Source of the DNA: Macrostomum lignano | Lineage: Eukaryota | NCBI GenBank assembly: GCA_002269645.1 | Contig: NIVC01000031.1 | Location: 186,001 to 250,000, forward strand | DNA length: 64,000 nucleotides | Direction of reading: 5' to 3' | Shown here: one piece after another, positions 58,713 through 64,000 of the stretch | Position numbering within the stretch: position 1 is the first letter of the stretch | Layout of the letters: each line of letters opens with the position of its first letter | Notes under the pieces: model-generated | The model's input: the letters and a program-made list of their open reading frames with translations, nothing else | Told to the model about the DNA's origin: nothing | Database searches by the model: none | Program-made: the position numbers and the translations under genes

Positions 58713-59269
58713 CAGGATCTTGGATGTACCGTATTGGGTGTCAGGATTGTCAGCATTCCGTAGCACGCATCCTATTTTTCAGTGTCAGCAATGGCTGACT
58801 ATACTAATGCCGTTTCTCAGCCTTCAAAAGTACATAAAAGAGTGCTTTACAATAGAACAATACAGATTTTAAGCCTGTTTTTTCACAGGAATTTCGTTGG
58901 GTAAAAATATTTTTTGTAAAAAAAACAAGTTGTCTCCCTTACTTAGATTGAGTCAGGCTAGTTTCTCAAAACATCACCTGATCGATGAGCAGAGGGTGGC
59001 TTCCTGACTTGTGGTTTTTTCCGTTTGTCAACTGGCCTACTGCAGACGGGCAAAGACTGCCAACTTCACTCACAAATAGGACTATGCGGAGCCAGATTAG
59101 CCAGAGAAGCCAGACTAAAGCCTCTTGGTTAATTTGGGTGCTTAGATCGAAGAGTTGTTGGGAAGACCCACACTGCCTGACTAGCCTTTTTATTTATTTT
59201 TGGTTACCTATGATTAATGATTAAGTTAAAGATAGGAAAATGTATACGCTCAACTCGTCTCTGACTCGT

Positions 59270-62200
59270 CACCTGAGAGTCAGATATTGTAAATCAAAGA
59301 TATTTCGGTCAGATATTGTGCGTCAGAGAGTCAGATATTGTAGGTCAGAGAGTCAGATATTGTGAGTCAGAGAGTCAGATATTGTAGGTCAAAGATATTT
59401 CGGTCAGATATTGTAAGTCAGAGAGTCAGATATTGTGAGTCAGAGAGTCAGAAATTGTGAGTCAGAGAGTCAGATATTGTGAGTCACAGAGTCAGATATT
59501 GTGAGTCCGATAGTCGGAAATTGTGAGTCAGAGAGTCAGATATTGTGAGTCAGAGAGTCAGATATTGTGAGTCAGAGAGTCAGATATTGTGAGTCAGATA
59601 GTCAGAAATTGTGAGTCAGAGAGTCAGATATTGTGAGTTAGAGAGTCAGAAATTGTGAGTTAGAGAGTCAGATATTGTGAGTTAGAGAGTCAGATATTGT
59701 GAGTCAGAGAGTCAGATATTGTGAGTCAGAGAGTCAGATATTGTGAGTCAGAGAGTCAGATATTGTGAGTTAGAGAGTCAGATATTGTGAGTCACAGAGT
59801 CAGATATTGTGAGTTAGAGAGTCAGATATTGTGAGTCAGAGAGTCAGATATTGTGAGTTAGAGAGTCAGATATTGTGAGTTAGAGAGTCAGATATTGTGA
59901 GTCAGATAGTCAGAAATTGTGAGTCAGAGAGTCAGATATTGTGAGTTAGAGAGTCAGATATTGTGAGTCAGAGAGTCAGATATTGTGAGTCAGATAGTCA
60001 GAAATTGTGAGTCAGAGAGTCAGATATTGTGAGTTAGAGAGTCAGATATTGTGAGTCAGAGAGTCAGATATTGTGAGTTAGAGAGTCAGAAATTGTGAGT
60101 CAGAGAGTCAGATATTGTGAGTTAGAGAGTCAGATATTGTGAGTTAGAGAGTCAGATATTGTGAGTTAGAGAGTCAGATATTGTGAGTCAGAGAGTCAGA
60201 TATTGTGAGTTAGAGAGTCAGATATTGTGAGTTAGAGAGTCAGATATTGTGAGTTAGAGAGTCAGATATTGTGAGTCAGATAGTCAGAAATTGTGAGTCA
60301 GAGAGTCAGATATTGTGAGTTAGAGAGTCAGATATTGTGAGTTAGAGAGTCAGATATTGTGAGTTAGAGAGTCAGATATTGTGAGTCAGAGAGTCAGATA
60401 TTGTGAGTCAGAGAGTCAGATATTGTGAGTTAGAGAGTCAGATATTGTGAGTTAGAGAGTCAGAAATTGTGAGTCAGAGAGTCAGATATTGTGAGTTAGA
60501 GAGTCAGATATTGTGAGTTAGAGAGTCAGATATTGTGAGTTAGAGAGTCAGATATTGTGAGTTAGAGAGTCAGATATTGTGAGTTAGAGAGTCAGATATT
60601 GTGAGTTAGAGATTCAGAAATTGTGAGTTAGAGAGTCAGATATTGTGAGTTAGAGAGTCAGATATTGTGAGTCAGAGAGTCAGATATTGTGAGTTAGAGA
60701 GTCAGATATTGTGAGTCAGAGAGTCAGATATTGTGAGTTAGAGAGTCAGATATTGTGAGTTAGAGAGTCAGATATTGTGAGTTAGAGAGTCAGATATTGT
60801 GAGTCAGATAGTCAGAAATTTTGAGTCAGAGAGTCAGATATGGTGAGTTAGAGAGTCAGAAATTGTGAGTTAGAGAGTCAGATATTGTGAGTTAGAGAGT
60901 CAGATATTGTGAGTTAGAGAGTCAGATATTGTGAGTCAGAGAGTCAGATACTGTGAGTCAGAGAGTCAGATATTGTGAGTTAGAGAGTCAGATATTGTGA
61001 GTCAGATAGTCAGAAATTGTGAGTCAGAGAGTCAGATATTGTGAGTTAGAGAGTCAGATATTGTGAGTTAGAGAGTCAGATATTGTGAGTTAGAGAGTCA
61101 GATATTGTAAGTCAGAGAGTCAGATATTGTGAGTCAGAGAGTCAGATATTGTGAGTTAAAGAGTCAGATATTGTGAGTCAGAGAGTCAGAAATTGTGAGT
61201 CAGAGAGTCAGATATTGTGAGTTAGAGAGTCAGATATTGTGAGTTAGAGAGTCAGATATTGTGAGTTAGAGAGTCAGATATTGTGAGTCAGAGAGTCAGA
61301 TATTGTGAGTTAGAGAGTCAGATATTGTGAGTTAGAGAGTCAGATATTGTGAGTTAGAGAGTCAGATATTGTGAGTCAGAGAGTCAGATATTGTGAGTCA
61401 GAGAGTCAGATATTGTGAGTTAGAGAGTCAGATATTGTGAGTTAGAGAGTCAGATATTGTGAGTTAGAGAGTCAGAAATTGTGAGTCAGAGAGTCAGATA
61501 TTGTGAGTTAGAGAGTCAGATATTGTGAGTTAGAGAGTCAGATATTGTGAGTTAGAGAGTCAGATATTGTGAGTTTGAGAGTCAGATATTGTGAGTTAGA
61601 GAGTCAGATATTGTGAGTCAGAGAGTCAGATACTGTGAGTCAGAGAGTCAGATATTGTGAGTTAGAGAGTCAGATATTGTGAGTCAGATAGTCAGAAATT
61701 GTGAGTCAGAGAGTCAGATATTGTGAGTTAGAGAGTCAGATATTGTGAGTTAGAGAGTCAGATATTGTGAGTTAGAGAGTCAGATATTGTGAGTCAGAGA
61801 GTCAGATATTGTGAGTCAGAGAGTCAGATATTGTGAGTCAGATAGTCAGAAATTGTGAGTCAGAGAGTCAGATATTGTGAGTTAGAGAGTCAGAAATTGT
61901 GAGTCAGAGAGTCAGATATTGTGAGTTAGAGAGTCAGAAATTGTGAGTTAGAGAGTCAGATATTGTGAGTTAGAGAGTCAGATATTGTGAGTTAGAGAGT
62001 CAGATATTGTGAGTCAGAGAGTCAGATACTGTGAGTCAGAGAGTCAGATATTGTGAGTTAGAGAGTCAGATATTGTGAGTCAGATAGTCAGAAATTGTGA
62101 GTCAGAGAGTCAGATATTGTGAGTTAGAGAGTCAGATATTGTGAGTTAGAGAGTCAGATATTGTGAGTTAGAGAGTCAGATATTGTGAGTCAGAGAGTCA

Positions 62201-64000
62201 GATATTGTGAGTCAGAGAGTCAGATATTGTGAGTCAGAGAGTCAGATATTGTGAGTTAGAGAGTCAGATATTGTGAGTTAGAGAGTCAGATATTGTGACT
62301 TAGAGAGTCAGATATTGTGAGTCAGATAGTCAGAAATTGTGAGTCAGAGAGTCAGATATTGTGAGTTAGAGAGTCAGAAATTGTGAGTTAGAGAGTCAGA
62401 TATTGTGAGTTAGAGAGTCAGATATTGTGAGTTAGAGAGTCAGATATTGTGAGTCAGATAGTCAGATATTGTGAGTCAGATAGTCAGAAATTGTGAGTCA
62501 GAGAGTCAGATATTGTGAGTTAGAGAGTCAGAAATTGTGAGTTAGAGAGTCAGAAATTGTGAGTTAGAGAGTCAGATATTGTGAGTTAGAGAGTCAGATA
62601 TTGTGAGTTAGAGAGTCAGATATTGTGAGTTAGAGAGTCAGATATTGTGAGTTAGAGAGTCAGATATTGTGAGTTAGAGAGTCAGATATTGTGAGTCAGA
62701 GAGTCAGATATTGTGAGTTAGAGAGTCAGATATTGTGAGTTAGAGAGTCAGATATTGTGAGTCAGAGAGTCAGATATTGTGAGTTAGAGAGTCAGATATT
62801 GTGAGTCAGAGAGTCAGATATTGTGAGTTAGAGAGTCAGATATTGTGAGTTAGAGAGTCAGATATTGTGAGTTAGAGAGTCAGAAATTGTGAGTCAGAGA
62901 GTCAGATATTGTGAGTTAGAGAGTCAGATATTGTGAGTTAGAGAGTCAGATATTGTGAGTTAGAGAGTCAGATATTGTGAGTTAGAGAGTCAGATATTGT
63001 GAGTTAGAGAGTCAGATATTGTGAGTTAGAGAGTCAGATATTGTGAGTCAGAGAGTCAGATATTGTGAGTTAGAGAGTCAGATATTGTGAGTTAGAGAGT
63101 CAGATATTGTGAGTTAGAGAGTCAGATATTGTGAGTCAGATAGTCAGAAATTGTGAGTCAGAGAGTCAGATATTGTGAGTTAGAGAGTCAGATATTGTGA
63201 GTTAGAGAGTCAGATATTGTGAGTTAGAGAGTCAGATATTGTGAGTTAGAGAGTCAGATATTGTGAGTCAGAGAGTCAGATACTGTGAGTCAGAGAGTCA
63301 GATATTGTGAGTTAGAGAGTCAGATATTGTGAGTCAGATAGTCAGAAATTGTGAGTCAGAGAGTCAGATATTGTGAGTTAGAGAGTCAGATATTGTGAGT
63401 TAGAGAGTCAGATATTGTGAGCTAGAGAGTCAGATATTGTGAGTCAGAGAGTCAGATATTGTGAGTCAGAGAGTCAGATATTGTGAGTCAGAGAGTCAGA
63501 TATTGTGAGTTAGAGAGTCAGATATTGTGAGTTAGAGAGTCAGATATTGTGAGTTAGAGAGTCAGATATTGTGAGTCAGATAGTCAGAAATTGTGAGTCA
63601 GAGAGTCAGATATTGTGAGTTAGATAGTCAGAAATTGTGAGTTAGAGAGTCAGATATTGTGAGTTAGAGAGTCAGATATTGTGAGTTAGAGAGTCAGATA
63701 TTGTGAGTCAGAGAGTCAGATACTGTGAGTCAGAGAGTCAGATATTGTGAGTTAGAGAGTCAGATATTGTGAGTCAGATAGTCAGAAATTGTGAGTCAGA
63801 GAGTCAGATATTGTGAGTTAGAGAGTCAGATATTGTGAGTTAGAGAGTCAGATATTGTGAGTTAGAGAGTCAGATATTGTGAGTCAGAGAGTCAGATATT
63901 GTGAGTTAGAGAGTCAGATATTGTGAGTTAGAGAGTCAGATATTGTGAGTTAGAGAGTCAGATATTGTGAGTCAGAGAGTCAGATATTGTGAGTTAGAGA
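59270..64000. repeat. 20-bp satellite GAGAGTCAGATATTGTGAGT(T/C)A, over 4.7 kb, runs off the window
   Basis: Direct reading, about 235 copies. Confidence 0.98.

Overview
Eukaryotic (metazoan) genomic DNA, roughly half tandem repeats, with two divergently oriented intron-rich genes. (1) Minus strand 29606->3180: a complete myosin phosphatase targeting subunit gene (MYPT1/PPP1R12/Mbs family). I assembled it by hand from phase-compatible GT-AG exons into about 1,010 aa, with MyPhoNE (RREQLTAW), RVKF, ankyrin repeats, an inhibitory-site-like KRATQGV, the DYKRLYE coiled coil and a C-terminal leucine zipper. The best finding is a second, separate leucine-zipper terminal exon at 3180-3323 that the ORF track misses, implying two alternative LZ-positive C-termini. 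(2) Plus strand from about 43335 to at least 54201: 6-7 phase-compatible exons giving about 460 aa of low-complexity protein. It ends in RRGRRAAIYNSK-VLDTELGRVVIR, weakly reminiscent of the PDE7 N-terminus; its identity is unproven and the gene probably continues past the window. Mobile DNA: four tRNA-derived CORE-like SINEs, two copies of a second tRNA-SINE family, and two hAT-like non-autonomous elements carrying GA-rich arrays. About 30 distinct micro/minisatellite arrays are present, most sitting close to a splice site. Nearly all long ORFs in the supplied track are repeat artefacts. The repeat-saturated style resembles free-living flatworm (Macrostomum-type) assemblies, but that is an unverified impression. 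All splice models are predictions from sequence alone.
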